A DNA stretch of 64,000 nt. It comes from Nemertoderma westbladi (Eukaryota > Animalia > Xenacoelomorpha). The notes beneath the pieces were generated by a model, which was not told the origin of the DNA, did no database searches, and saw only the letters and a list, made by a program, of their open reading frames with translations. Location: the NCBI GenBank assembly GCA_032718475.1, contig JAUCBJ010003790.1:62001-126000 (forward strand), in the 5' to 3' direction. The translations under genes and the position numbers were made by a program. Positions 1 to 14,620 of the stretch are shown piece by piece. Every line of letters starts with the position of its first letter. The first letter of the stretch is position 1.

Positions 1-267
1 CATAGACTATATTGTTAATATTAACCACATTGACTATATTATTAATATTAACCACATTGACTATATTATTAATATTAACCACATTGACTATTATTAATAT
101 TAACCACATTGACTATATTATTAATATTAACCACATAGACTATATTGTTAATATTAACCACATTGACTATATTATTAATATTAACCACATTGACTATATT
201 ATTAATATTAACCACATTGACTATTATTAATATTAACCACATTGACTATATTATTAATATTTACCAC
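1..267. repeat. 27-bp (25-bp variant) AT-rich intronic minisatellite, truncated by the window start
   Basis: Unit cattgactatattattaatattaacca, ~10 copies; starts ~25 nt from the donor at 291. Confidence 0.95.
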
Positions 268-291
268 GTATTGTCTGCACTACACACTTAC

Positions 292-399
292 ATTAGAAGT
301 TGCGATGCTTTCTTTAAATTCTTCATTAGTTGAGGTAGAAACAGTCATATCTCGAAACATTCCTTCCAGTCTACTAGTGAACTGACAACCGCATTCAGT
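292..399 (-). CDS. CUL3: Cullin-3 internal exon (equivalent to human exon 10), 108 nt; absent from the ORF track
   Basis: ATATTTAG|ACT GAA TGC...TCT AAT|GTAAGT; TECGCQFTSRLEGMFRDMTVSTSTNEEFKESIATSN. Confidence 0.95.
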
Positions 400-3300
400 C
401 TAAATATTACAATTATTAATATTTACTAAAATTAAATATATGTAATATAGTTATAAACTATCCAACCTTTAATTTAGTTACATATTTTTCTCACTAACCT
501 TTAGTTTAGTTAACATATTATTTTTCTCACCAACCTTTAGTTTAGATACATATTTTTCTCACTAACATATTATTTTTCTCACTAACCTTTAGTTTAGTTA
601 CATATTTTTCTCACTCACCTTTAGTTTAGTTACATATTTGTCACACTAACATTTAGTTTAGTTAACATATTATTTTTCTCACTAACCATTAGTTTAGTTA
701 CATATTTTTCTCACTCCCCTTTAGTTTAGTTACATATTTTTCTCATTAACCTTTAGTTTAGTTAACATATTAATTTTCTCACTCACCTTTAGTTTAGTTA
801 CATATTTTTCTCACTAACCTTTAGTTTAGTTACATATTTTTCTCACTCAGCTGTAGTTTAGTTACATATATTTCTCATTAACCTTTAGTTTAGTTAACAT
901 ATTATTTTTCTCACTAACCATTAGTTTAGTTACATATTTTTCTCACTCACCTTGAGTTTAGTTACATATTTTTCTCACTAAAATTTAGTTTAGTTAACAT
1001 ATTATTTTTCTCACAACCTTTAGTTTAGTTACATATTTTTCTCACTCACCTTTAGTTTAGTTACATATTTTTCTCACTCAGCTGTAGTTTAGTTACATAT
1101 TTTTCTCATTAACCTTTAGTTTAGTTAACATATTATTTTTCTCACTAACCATTAGTTTAGTTACATATTTTTCTCACTCACCTTGAGTTTAGTTACATAT
1201 TTTTCTCACTAAAATTTAGTTTAGTTAACATATTATTTTTCTCACTCACCTTTAGTTTAGATACATATTTTTCTCACTCACCTTTAGTTTAGTTAACATG
1301 TTTTTCTCACTCACCTTTAGTTTAGTTACATATTTTTCTCACTCACCTTTAGTTTAGTTACATATTTTTCTCACCAACCTTTAGTTTAGTTACATATTTT
1401 TCTCACTCACCTTTAGTTTAGTTAACATGTTTTTCTCACTCACCTTTAGTTTAGTTACATATTTTTCTCACTCACCTTTAGTTTAGTTACATATTTTTCT
1501 CACTAACCTTTAGTTTAGTTAACATATTATTTTTCTCACTTACCTTTAGTTTAGTTACATATTTTTCTCACTCACCTTTAGTTTAGTTACATATTTTTCT
1601 CACTAACCTTTAGTTTAGTTAACATATTATTTTTCTCACGAACCTTTAATTTAGTTACATATTTTTCTCATTCACCTTTAGTTTAGTTAACATATTATTT
1701 TTCTCACTAACCATTAGTTTAGTTACATATTTTTCTCACTCACCTTTAGTTTGGTTAACATATTATTTTTCTCACGAACCTTTAATTTAGTTACATATTT
1801 TTCTCACTCACCTTTAGTTTAGTTAACATATTATTTTTCTCACTAACCATTAGTTTAGTTATATATTTTTCTCACTCCCCTTTAGTTTAGTTACATATTT
1901 TTCTCACTAACCTTTAGTTTAGTTAACATATTATTTTTCTCACTAACCTTTAGTTTAGTTACATATTTTTCTCACTAAAATTTAGTTTAGTTAACATATT
2001 ATTTTTCTCACTCACCTTTAGTTTAGTTACATATTTTTCTCACTCACCTTTAGTTTAGTTACATATTTGTCACACTAACATTTAGTTTAGTTAACATATT
2101 ATTTTTCTCACTAACCATTAGTTTAGTTACATATTTTTCTCACTCCCCTTTAGTTTAGTTACATATTTTTCTCATTAACCTTTAGTTTAGTTAACATATT
2201 AATTTTCTCACTCACCTTTAGTTTAGTTACATATTTTTCTCACTAACCTTTAGTTTAGTTACATATTTTTCTCACTCAGCTGTAGTTTAGTTACATATTT
2301 TTCTCATTAACCTTTAGTTTAGTTAACATATTATTTTTCTCACTAACCATTAGTTTAGTTACATATTTTTCTCACTCACCTTGAGTTTAGTTACATATTT
2401 TTCTCACTAAAATTTAGTTTAGTTAACATATTATTTATCTCACAACCTTTAGTTTAGTTACATATTTTTCTCACTCACCTTTAGTTTAGTTACATATTTT
2501 TCTCACTCAGCTGTAGTTTAGTTACATATTTTTCTCATTAACCTTTAGTTTAGTTAACATATTATTTTTCTCACTAACCATTAGTTTAGTTACATATTTT
2601 TCTCACTCACCTTGAGTTTAGTTACATATTTTTCTCACTAAAATTTAGTTTAGTTAACATATTATTTTTCTCACTCACCTTTAGTTTAGATACATATTTT
2701 TCTCACTCACCTTTAGTTTAGTTAACATGTTTTTCTCACTCACCTTTAGTTTAGTTACATATTTTTCTCACTCACCTTTAGTTTAGTTACATATTTTTCT
2801 CACCAACCTTTAGTTTAGTTACATATTTTTCTCACTCACCTTTAGTTTAGTTAACATGTTTTTCTCACTCACCTTTAGTTTAGTTACATATTTTTCTCAC
2901 TCACCTTTAGTTTAGTTACATATTTTTCTCACTAACCTTTAGTTTAGTTAACATATTATTTTTCTCACTTACCTTTAGTTTAGTTACATATTTTTCTCCC
3001 TCACCTTTAGTTTGGTTAACATATTATTTTTCTCACGAACCTTTAATTTAGTTACATATTTTTCTCATTCACCTTTAGTTTAGTTAACATATTATTTTTC
3101 TCACTAACCATTAGTTTAGTTACATATTTTTCTCACTCACCTTTAGTTTGGTTAACATATTATTTTTCTCACGAACCTTTAATTTAGTTACATATTTTTC
3201 TCACTCACCTTTAGTTTAGTTAACATATTATTTTTCTCACTAACCATTAGTTTAGTTATATATTTTTCTCACTCCCCTTTAGTTTAGTTACATATTTTTC

Positions 3301-6300
3301 TCACTAACCTTTAGTTTAGTTAACATATTATTTTTCTCACTAACCTTTAGTTTAGTTACATATTTTTCTCACTAAAATTTAGTTTAGTTAACATATTATT
3401 TTTCTCACTCACCTTTAGTTTAGTTACATATTTTTCTCACTAAAATTTAGTTTAGTTAACATATTATTTTTCTCACTAACCTTTAGTTTAGTTACATATT
3501 TTTCTCACTCCCCTTTAGTTTAGTTACATATTTTTCTCACTCACCTTTAGTTTAGTTAACATATTATTTTTCTCACTAACCATTAGTTTAGTTACATATT
3601 TTTCTCACTCACCTTTAGTTTGGTTAACATATTATTTTTCTCACTAACCATTAGTTTAGTTACATATTTTTCTCACTCACCTTTAGTTTGGTTAACATAT
3701 TATTTTTCTCACGAACCTTTAATTTAGTTACATATTTTTCTCACTCACCTTTAGTTTGGTTAACATATTATTTTTCTCACGAACCTTTAATTTAGTTACA
3801 TATTTTTCTCACTCACCTTTAGTTTAGTTAACATATTATTTTTCTCACTCACCTTTAGTTTAGTTACATATTTTTCTCATTAACCTTTAGTTTAGTTACA
3901 TATTTTTCTCACTCACCTTTAGTTTAGTTAACATATTATTTTTCTCACTAACCATTAGTTTAGTTATATATTTTTCTCACTCCCCTTTAGTTTAGTTACA
4001 TATTTTTCTCACTAACCTTTAGTTTAGTTAACATATTATTTTTCTCACTAACCTTTAGTTTAGTTACATATTTTTCTCACTAAAATTTAGTTTAGTTAAC
4101 ATATTATTTTTCTCACTCACCTTTAGTTTAGTTACATATTTTTCTCACTAAAATTTAGTTTAGTTAACATATTATTTTTCTCACTAACCTTTAGTTTAGT
4201 TACATATTTTTCTCACTCCCCTTTAGTTTAGTTACATATTTTTCTCACTCACCTTTAGTTTAGTTAACATATTATTTTTCTCACTAACCATTAGTTTAGT
4301 TATATATTTTTCTCACTCCCCTTTAGTTTAGTTACATATTTTTCTCACTAACCTTTAGTTTAATTAACATATTATTTTTCTCACTAACCTTTAGTTTAGT
4401 TACATATTTTTCTCACTAAAATTTAGTTTAGTTAACATATTATTTTTCTCACACACCTTTAGTTTAGTTACATATTTTTCTCACTAAAATTTAGTTTAGT
4501 TAACATATTATTTTTCTCACTAACCTTTAGTTTAGTTACATATTTTTCTCACTCCCCTTTAGTTTAGTTACATATTTTTCTCACTCACCTTTAGTTTAGT
4601 TAACATATTATTTTTCTCACTAACCATTAGTTTAGTTATATATTTTTCTCACTCCCCTTTAGTTTAGTTACATATTTTTCTCACTCACCTTTAGTTTAGT
4701 TAACATATTATTTTTCTCACTAACCATTAGTTTAGTTATATATTTTTCTCACTCCCCTTTAGTTTAGTTACATATTTTTCTCACTAACCTTTAGTTTAAT
4801 TAACATATTATTTTTCTCACTAACCTTTAGTTTAGTTACATATTTTTCTCACTAAAATTTAGTTTAGTTAACATATTATTTTTCTCACACACCTTTAGTT
4901 TAGTTACATATTTTTCTCACTAAAATTTAGTTTAGTTAACATATTATTTTTCTCACTAACCTTTAGTTTAGTTACATATTTTTCTCACTCACCTTTAGTT
5001 TAGTTAACATATTATTTTTCTCACTAACCATTAGTTTAGTTATATATTTTTCTCACTCCCCTTTAGTTTAGTTACATATTTTTCTCACTAACCTTTAGTT
5101 TAGTTAACATATTATTTTTCTCACTAACCTTTAGTTTAGTTACATATTTTTCTCACTAAAATTTAGTTTAGTTAACATATTATTTTTCTCACTCACCTTT
5201 AGTTTAGTTACATATTTTTCTCCCTCACCTTTAGTTTCGTTAACATATTATTTTTCTCACGAACCTTTAATTTAGTTACATATTTTTCTCACTCACCTTT
5301 AGTTTAGTTAACATATTATTTTTCTCACTAACCATTAGTTTAGTTACATATTTTTCTCACTCACCTTCAGTTTGGTTAACATATTATTTTTCTCACTAAC
5401 CATTAGTTTAGTTACATATTTTTCTCACTCACCTTTAGTTTGGTTAACATATTATTTTTCTCACGAACCTTTAATTTAGTTACATATTTTTCTCACTCAC
5501 CTTTAGTTTGGTTAACATATTATTTTTCTCACGAACCTTTAATTTAGTTACATATTTTTCTCACTCACCTTTAGTTTAGTTAACATATTATTTTTCTCAC
5601 TAACCTTTAGTTTAGTTACATATTTTTCTCACTAAAATTTAGTTTAGTTAACATATTATTTTTCTCACTCACCTTTAGTTTAGTTACATATTTTTTTCAT
5701 TAACCTTTAGTTTAGTTACATATTTTTCTCACTCACCTTTAGTTTAGTTAACATATTATTTTTCTCACTAACCATTAGTTTAGTTATATATTTTTCTCAC
5801 TCCCCTTTAGTTTAGTTACATATTTTTCTCACTAACCTTTAGTTTAGTTAACATATTATTTTTCTCACTAACCTTTAGTTTAGTTACATATTTTTCTCAC
5901 TAAAATTTAGTTTAGTTAACATATTATTTTTCTCACTCACCTTTAGTTTAGTTACATATTTTTCTCACTAAAATTTAGTTTAGTTAACATATTATTTTTC
6001 TCACTCACCTTTAGTTTAGTTAACATATTATTTTTCTCACTAACCATTAGTTTAGTTATATATTTTTCTCACTCCCCTTTAGTTTAGTTACATATTTTTC
6101 TCACTAACCTTTAGTTTAATTAACATATTATTTTTCTCACTAACCTTTAGTTTAGTTACATATTTTTCTCACTAAAATTTAGTTTAGTTAACATATTATT
6201 TTTCTCACACACCTTTAGTTTAGTTACATATTTTTCTCACTAAAATTTAGTTTAGTTAACATATTATTTTTCTCACTAACCTTTAGTTTAGTTACATATT

Positions 6301-9300
6301 TTTCTCACTCCCCTTTAGTTTAGTTACATATTTTTCTCACTCACCTTTAGTTTAGTTAACATATTATTTTTCTCACTAACCATTAGTTTAGTTATATATT
6401 TTTCTCACTCCCCTTTAGTTTAGTTACATATTTTTCTCACTAACCTTTAGTTTAGTTAACATATTATTTTTCTCACTAACCTTTAGTTTAGTTACATATT
6501 TTTCTCACTAAAATTTAGTTTAGTTAACATATTATTTTTTCTCACTCACCTTTAGTTTAGTTACATATTTTTCTCCCTCACCTTTAGTTTGGTTAACATA
6601 TTATTTTTCTCACGAACCTTTAATTTAGTTACATATTTTTCTCACTCACCTTTAGTTTAGTTATCATATTATTTTTCTCACTAACCATTAGTTTAGTTAC
6701 ATATTTTTCTCACTCACCTTTAGTTTGGTTAACATATTATTTTTCTCACTAACCATTAGTTTAGTTACATATTTTTCTCACTCACCTTTAGTTTGGTTAA
6801 CATATTATTTTTCTCACGAACCTTTAATTTAGTTACATATTTTTCTCACTCACCTTTAGTTTGGTTAACATATTATTTTTCTCACGAACCTTTAATTTAG
6901 TTACATATTTTTCTCACTCACCTTTAGTTTAGTTAACATATTATTTTTCTCACTAACCTTTAGTTTAGTTACATATTTTTCTCACTAAAATTTAGTTTAG
7001 TTAACATATTATTTTTCTCACTCACCTTTAGTTTAGTTACATATTTTTCTCATTAACCTTTAGTTTAGTTACATATTTTTCTCACTCACCTTTAGTTTAG
7101 TTAACATATTATTTTTCTCACTAACCATTAGTTTAGTTACATATTTTTCTCACTCACCTTTAGTTTGGTTAACATATTATTTTTCTCACGAACCTTTAAT
7201 TTAGTTACATATTTTTCTCACTCACCTTTAGTTTAGTTAACATATTATTTTTCTCACTAACCATTAGTTTAGTTATATATTTTTCTCACTCCCCTTTAGT
7301 TTAGTTACATATTTTTCTCACTAACCTTTAGTTTAGTTAACATATTATTTTTCTCACTAACCTTTAGTTTAGTTACATATTTTTCTCACTAAAATTTAGT
7401 TTAGTTAACATATTATTTTTCTCACGAAACTTTAATTTAGTTACATATTTTTCTCACTCACCTTTAGTTTAGTTAACATATTATTTTTCTCACTAACCAT
7501 TAGTTTAGTTACATATTTTTCTCACTAACCTTTAGTTTAGTTAACATATTATTTTTCTCACGAACCTTTAATTTAGTTGCATATTTTTCTCACTCACCTT
7601 TAGTTTAGTTAACATATTATTTTTCTCACTAACCTTTAGTTTAGTTACATATTTTTCTCACTAAAATTTAGTTTAGTTAACATATTATTTTTCTCACTCA
7701 CCTTTAGTTTAGTTACATATTTTTCTCACTAAAATTTAGTTTAGTTAACATATTATTTTTCTCACTAACCTTTAGTTTAGTTACATATTTTTCTCACTAA
7801 AATTTAGTTTGGTTAACATATTATTTTTCTCACGAACCTTTAATTTAGTTACATATTTTTCTCACTAAAATTTAGTTTAGTTAACATATTATTTTTCTCA
7901 CTAACCTTTAGTTTAGTTACATATTTTTCTCACTCACCTTTAGTTTAGTTAACATATTATTTTTCTCACTAACCATTAGTTTAGTTACATATTTTTCTCA
8001 CTCACCTTTAGTTTGGTTAACATATTATTTTTCTCACTAACCATTAGTTTAGTTACATATTTTTCTCACTCACCTTTAGTTTAGTTAACATATTATTTTT
8101 CTCACTAACCATTAGTTTAGTGACATATTTTTCTCACTCACCTTTAGTTTGGTTAACATATTATTTTTCTCACGAACCTTTAATTTAATTAAATATTTTT
8201 CTCACTCACCTTTAGTTTGGTTAACATATTATTTTTCTCACTAACCATTAGTTTAGTTACATATTTTTCTCACTCACCTTTAGTTTGGTTAACATATTAT
8301 TTTTCTCACGAACCTTTAATTTAGTTACATATTTTTCTCACTCACCTTTAGTTTGGTTAACATATTATTTTTCTCACGAACCTTTAATTTAGTTACATAT
8401 TTTTCTCACTCACCTTTAGTTTAGTTAACATATTATTTTTCTCACTAACCATTAGTTTAGTTATATATTTTTCTCACTCCCCTTTAGTTTAGTTACATAT
8501 TTTTCTCACTAACCTTTAGTTTAGTTAACATATTATTTTTCTCACTAACCTTTAGTTTAGTTACATATTTTTCTCACTAAAATTTAGTTTAGTTAACATA
8601 TTATTTTTCTCACGAACCTTTAATTTAGTTACATATTTTTCTCACTCACCTTTAGTTTAGTTAACATATTATTTTTCTCACTAACCATTAGTTTAGTTAC
8701 ATATTTTTCTCACTCACCTTTAGTTTGGTTAACATATTATTTTTCTCACTAACCATTAGTTTAGTTACATATTTTTCTCACTCACCTTTAGTTTGGTTAA
8801 CATATTATTTTTCTCACGAACCTTTAATTTAGTTACATATTTTTCTCACTCACCTTTAGTTTAGTTAACATATTATTTTTCTCACTAACCTTTAGTTTAG
8901 TTACATATTTTTCTCACTAAAATTTAGTTTAGTTAACATATTATTTTTCTCACTCACCTTTAGTTTAGTTACATATTTTTCTCACTAAAATTTAGTTTAG
9001 TTAACATATTATTTTTCTCACTAACCTTTAGTTTAGTTACATATTTTTCTCACTAAAATTTAGTTTAGTTAACATATTATTTTTCTCACTCACCTTTAGT
9101 TTAGTTACATATTTTTCTCCCTCACCTTTAGTTTGGTTAATATATTATTTTTCTCACGAACCTTTAATTTAGTTACATATTTTTCTCACTCACCTTTAGT
9201 TTAGTTAACATATTATTTTTCTCACTAACCATTAGTTTAGTTACATATTTTTCTCACTCACCTTTAGTTTGGTTAACATATTATTTTTCTCACTAACCAT

Positions 9301-10602
9301 TAGTTTAGTTACATATTTTTCTCACTAAAATTTAGTTTAGTTAACATATTATTTTTCTCACTCACCTTTAGTTTAGTTACATATTTTTCTCATTAACCTT
9401 TAGTTTAGTTACATATTTTTCTCACTCACCTTTAGTTTAGTTAACATATTATTTTTCTCACTAACCATTAGTTTAGTTACATATTTTTCTCACTCACCTT
9501 TAGTTTAGTTAACATATTATTTTTCTCACTAACCATTAGTTTAGTTACATATTTTTCTCACTCACCTTTAGTTTGGTTAACATATTATTTTTCTCACGAA
9601 CCTTTAATTTAGTTACATATTTTTCTCACTCACCTTTAGTTTTAGTTAACATATTATTTTTCTCACTAACCATTAGTTTAGTTATATATTTTTCTCACTC
9701 CCCTTTAGTTTAGTTACATATTTTTCTCACTAACCTTTAGTTTAGTTAACATATTATTTTTCTCACTAACCTTTAGTTTAGTTACATATTTTTCTCACTA
9801 AAATTTAGTTTAGTTAACATATTATTTTTCTCACGAACCTTTAATTTAGTTACATATTTTTCTCACTCACCTTTAGTTTAGTTAACATATTATTTTTCTC
9901 ACTAACCATTAGTTTAGTTACATATTTTTCTCACTCACCTTTAGTTTTAGTTAACATATTATTTTTCTCACTAACCATTAGTTTAGTTATATATTTTTCT
10001 CACTCCCCTTTAGTTTAGTTACATATTTTTCTCACTAACCTTTAGTTTAGTTAACATATTATTTTTCTCACTAACCTTTAGTTTAGTTACATATTTTTCT
10101 CACTAAAATTTAGTTTAGTTAACATATTATTTTTCTCACGAACCTTTAATTTAGTTACATATTTTTCTCACTAACCTTTAGTTTAGTTAACATATTATTT
10201 TTCTCACTAACCTTTAGTTTAGTTACATATTTTTCTCACTAAAATTTAGTTTAGTTAACATATTATTTTTCTCACGAACCTTTAATTTAGTTACATATTT
10301 TTCTCACTCACCTTTAGTTTAGTTAACATATTATTTTTCTCACTAACCTTTAGTTTAGTTACATATTTTTCTCACTAAAATTTAGTTTAGTTAACATATT
10401 ATTTTTCTCACTCACCTTTAGTTTAGTTACATATTTTTCTCACTAAAATTTAGTTTAGTTAACATATTATTTTTCTCACTAACCTTTAGTTTAGTTACAT
10501 ATTTTTCTCACTTAAATTTAGTTTAGTTAACATATTATTTTTCTCACTCACCTTTAGTTTAGTTACATATTTTTCTCCCTCACCTTTAGTTTGGTTAACA
10601 TA

Positions 10603-11747
10603 CTAGAGACGGGCCTAGCGGCCCGTGAAGCAAGTCGTAGGAGACAGTACGAATCAAGTAAAAGCTTTTTGTTCTGTCTGATAAATCAATTAGTGTGAGA
10701 CTAGTCCCGGTGGTGTACGAAAATTTTTCTAGACAACTCCAAACTATAATTATTATGTTGTAATGTTGTAATCATCTAATGAATTATAAAAGCTGTTGTG
10801 ATTATAGAAGATAGAGAGCAGTTAGCGAAATGATTATTTTATTCTATCGGATAGAGTAGTCGGAGTCTCACAAAGGAGTCGAGGTGTCAATTGATTAATA
10901 ACAATAACAGCAGTTGTCATGAATTCAATACAATCGCGCAAAGAAGTGATAAGACAAATTCGATCTTATTTTTGTAATAAATAAAACAAGTTGAGATGTT
11001 TCAATGTAAACCGCGATTAACAATTTACACTGTTCAATGTAAACCACGATATTAATTAAATACAACAATTATATTATTATTATAACAGATTTTTATATTT
11101 CAAATAATAATGTTAGCCTTATGGAGAATCATTTTGAGGATGAGTAAATATTTAGCCTTATAAGCATGCAGCCTCCACAGTATTAATGTTGGCACAAAGA
11201 TTTCAAAATAAAGCAATAATGCGATGAGAGCATAGTACAATACACTGTGTAGCCAACACACTGTTTAACTAACAGTCATTTAGCTTGCACGCCAATTAAT
11301 TAACATAGCAAGGATGCATTGGGAAGAGTTATTCAGCTGAAACTGTAATAGCCAGTTAAACAAATTAATGTTTGCTTACTGTCTGGGTTGTATTGTAGAG
11401 TGATAATAAAACTTGGCAGAGAAAGTACTTCTTTGTTAGTTGGCCTTCCTATTGAATGCATTACCAGGCCATCTCTATACATTTTTCATGAGTGCCAGCT
11501 GGTGTTTTATCATTGCGCCTATGGCAATTTTAGCGTTTTGGGGCTATTTTTCGAAATAAAACAAGTTGAGATGTTTCAATTTAAACCGCAATTTCACAAG
11601 TACCCTTAGAAATCCATTTTCATGGTCCATGCAAAATTTCATCAAAATCGTTAGAGCCGTTTTTGCTCTAGGTCAGTAGTCAGTAGCCAGTAGCCAGTAG
11701 CCAGTAGCTTTTTTTTCTTACAGTAATCAAGTCTAACGACTTGCTAA
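10603..11747 (-). mobile_element. Non-autonomous Helitron/Helentron-like element (~1.15 kb)
   Basis: Splits a satellite unit between A and T with no TSD; minus-strand 5' TTAGCAAGTCGT, 3' ACGACTTGCT then hairpin ACGGGCC-GCTA-GGCCCGT then CTAG; short CAGTAGC repeat near the 5' end. Confidence 0.8.
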
Positions 11748-14496
11748 TTATTTTTCTCACGAACCTTTAATTTAGTTACATATTTTTCTCACTCACCTTT
11801 AGTTTAGTTAACATATTATTTTTCTCACTAACCATTAGTTTAGTTACATATTTTTCTCACTCACCTTTAGTTTGGTTAACATATTATTTTTCTCACTAAC
11901 CATTAGTTTAGTTACATATTTTTCTCACTAAAATTTAGTTTAGTTAACATATTATTTTTCTCACTCACCTTTAGTTTAGTTACATATTTTTCTCATTAAC
12001 CTTTAGTTTAGTTACATATTTTTCTCACTCACCTTTAGTTTAGTTAACATATTATTTTTCTCACTAACCATTAGTTTAGTTACATATTTTTCTCACTCAC
12101 CTTTAGTTTAGTTAACATATTATTTTTCTCACTAACCATTAGTTTAGTTACATATTTTTCTCACTCACCTTTAGTTTGGTTAACATATTATTTTTCTCAC
12201 GAACCTTTAATTTAGTTACATATTTTTCTCACTCACCTTTAGTTTTAGTTAACATATTATTTTTCTCACTAACCATTAGTTTAGTTATATATTTTTCTCA
12301 CTCCCCTTTAGCTTAGTTACATATTTTTCTCACTAACCTTTAGTTTAGTTAACATATTATTTTTCTCACTAACCTTTAGTTTAGTTACATATTTTTCTCA
12401 CTAAAATTTAGTTTAGTTAACATATTATTTTTCTCACGAACCTTTAATTTAGTTACATATTTTTCTCACTCACCTTTAGTTTAGTTAACATATTATTTTT
12501 CTCACTAACCATTAGTTTAGTTACATATTTTTCTCACTCACCTTTAGTTTGGTTAACATATTATTTTTCTCACTAACCATTAGTTTAGTTAACATATTAT
12601 TTTTCTCACTAACCTTTAGTTTAGTTACATATTTTTCTCACTCACCTTTAGTTTAGTTAACATATTATTTTTCTCACTAACCATTAGTTTAGTTACATAT
12701 TTTTCTCACTCACCTTTAGTTTGGTTAACATATTATTTTTCTCACGAACCTTTAATTTAGTTACATATTTTTCTCACTCACCTTTAGTTTAGTTAACATA
12801 TTATTTTTCTCACTAACCTTTAGTTTAGTTACATATTTTTCTCACTAAAATTTAGTTTAGTTAACATATTATTTTTCTCACTCACCTTTAGTTTAGTTAC
12901 ATATTTTTCTCACTAAAATTTAGTTTAGTTAACATATTATTTTTCTCACTAACCTTTAGTTTAGTTACATATTTTTCTCACTCCCCTTTAGTTTAGTTAC
13001 ATATTTTTCTCACTAAAATTTAGTTTAGTTAACATATTATTTTTCTCACTTACCTTTAGTTTAGTTACATATTTTTCTCACTCGCCTTTAGTTTAGTTAC
13101 ATATTTTTCTCACTCACCTTTAGTTTAGTTACATATTTTTCACACTCACCTTTAGTTTAGTTAACATATTATTTTTCTCACTAACCATTAGTTTAGTTAC
13201 ATATTTTTCTCACTCACCTTTAGTTTGGTTAACATATTATTTTTCTCACGAACCTTTAATTTAGTTACATATTTTTCTCACTCACCTTTAGTTTTAGTTA
13301 ACATATTATTTTTCTCACTAACCATTAGTTTAGTTACATATTTTTCTCACTCACCTTTAGTTTAGTTAACATATTATTTTTCTCACTAACCATTAGTTTA
13401 GTTACATATTTTTCTCACTCATCTTTAGTTTAGTTAACATATTATTTTTCTCACTAACCATTAGTTTAGTTACATATTTTTCTCACTCACCTTTAGTTTG
13501 GTTAACATATTATTTTTCTCACGAACCTTTAATTTAGTTACATATTTTTCTCACTCACCTTTAGTTTTAGTTAACATATTATTTTTCTCACTAACCATTA
13601 GTTTAGTTATATATTTTTCTCACTCCCCTTTAGTTTAGTTACATATTTTTCTCACTAACCTTTAGTTTAGTTAACATATTATTTTTCTCACTAACCTTTA
13701 GTTTAGTTACATATTTTTCTCACTAAAATTTAGTTTAGTTAACATATTATTTTTCTCACGAACCTTTAATTTAGTTACATATTTTTCTCACTCACCTTTA
13801 GTTTAGTTAACATATTATTTTTCTCACTAACCATTAGTTTAGTTACATATTTTTCTCACTCACCTTTAGTTTGGTTAACATATTATTTTTCTCACTAACC
13901 ATTAGTTTAGTTAAATATTTTTCTCACTCACCTTTAGTTTGGTTAACATATTATTTTTCTCACGAACCTTTAATTTAGTTACATATTTTTCTCACTCACC
14001 TTTAGTTTAGTTAACATATTATTTTTCTCACTAACCTTTAGTTTAGTTACATATTTTTCTCACTAAAATTTAGTTTAGTTAACATATTATTTTTCTCACT
14101 CACCTTTAGTTTAGTTACATATTTTTCTCACTAAAATTTAGTTTAGTTAACATATTATTATTCTCACTAACCTTTAGTTTAGTTACATATTTTTCTCACT
14201 CCCCTTTAGTTTAGTTACATATTTTTCTCACTAAAATTTAGTTTAGTTAACATATTATTTTTCTCACTTACCTTTAGTTTAGTTACATATTTTTCTCACT
14301 CGCCTTTAGTTTAGTTACATATTTCTCTCACTCACCTTTAGTTTAGTTACATATTTTTCACACTAACCTTTAGTTTAGTTAACATGTTTTTCTCACTCAC
14401 CTTTAGTTTAGTTACATATTTTTCTATCTAACATTTAGTTTAGTTAACATATTATTTTTATCATTAACATAGTTTAGTTTTAACATATTATTTTCG

Positions 14497-14620
14497 TTAT
14501 TCTCGTTTCTCCCAAGTTCAGTGTCCCTTTCAAGTTGATCTATATATGTTATGGGCGGTCGTCCACGACTACGCTTTCCATGAGTTGGTTGCCAGAGAAA
14601 TAGATTTGGTATGACCTCGT
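14497..14620 (-). mobile_element. ~120-bp fragment of the C-terminal part of an RTE-type LINE ORF
   Basis: Minus-strand frame EVIPNLFLWQPTHGKRSRGRPPITYIDQLERDTEL matches the W.P..G.R.RGRP..TY.D.L..D motif of RTE-clade C-termini. Confidence 0.7.

Noticed and set aside
12-333. Short plus-strand ORFs
   Set aside because: Translations of the 27-bp repeat running antisense into the CUL3 exon
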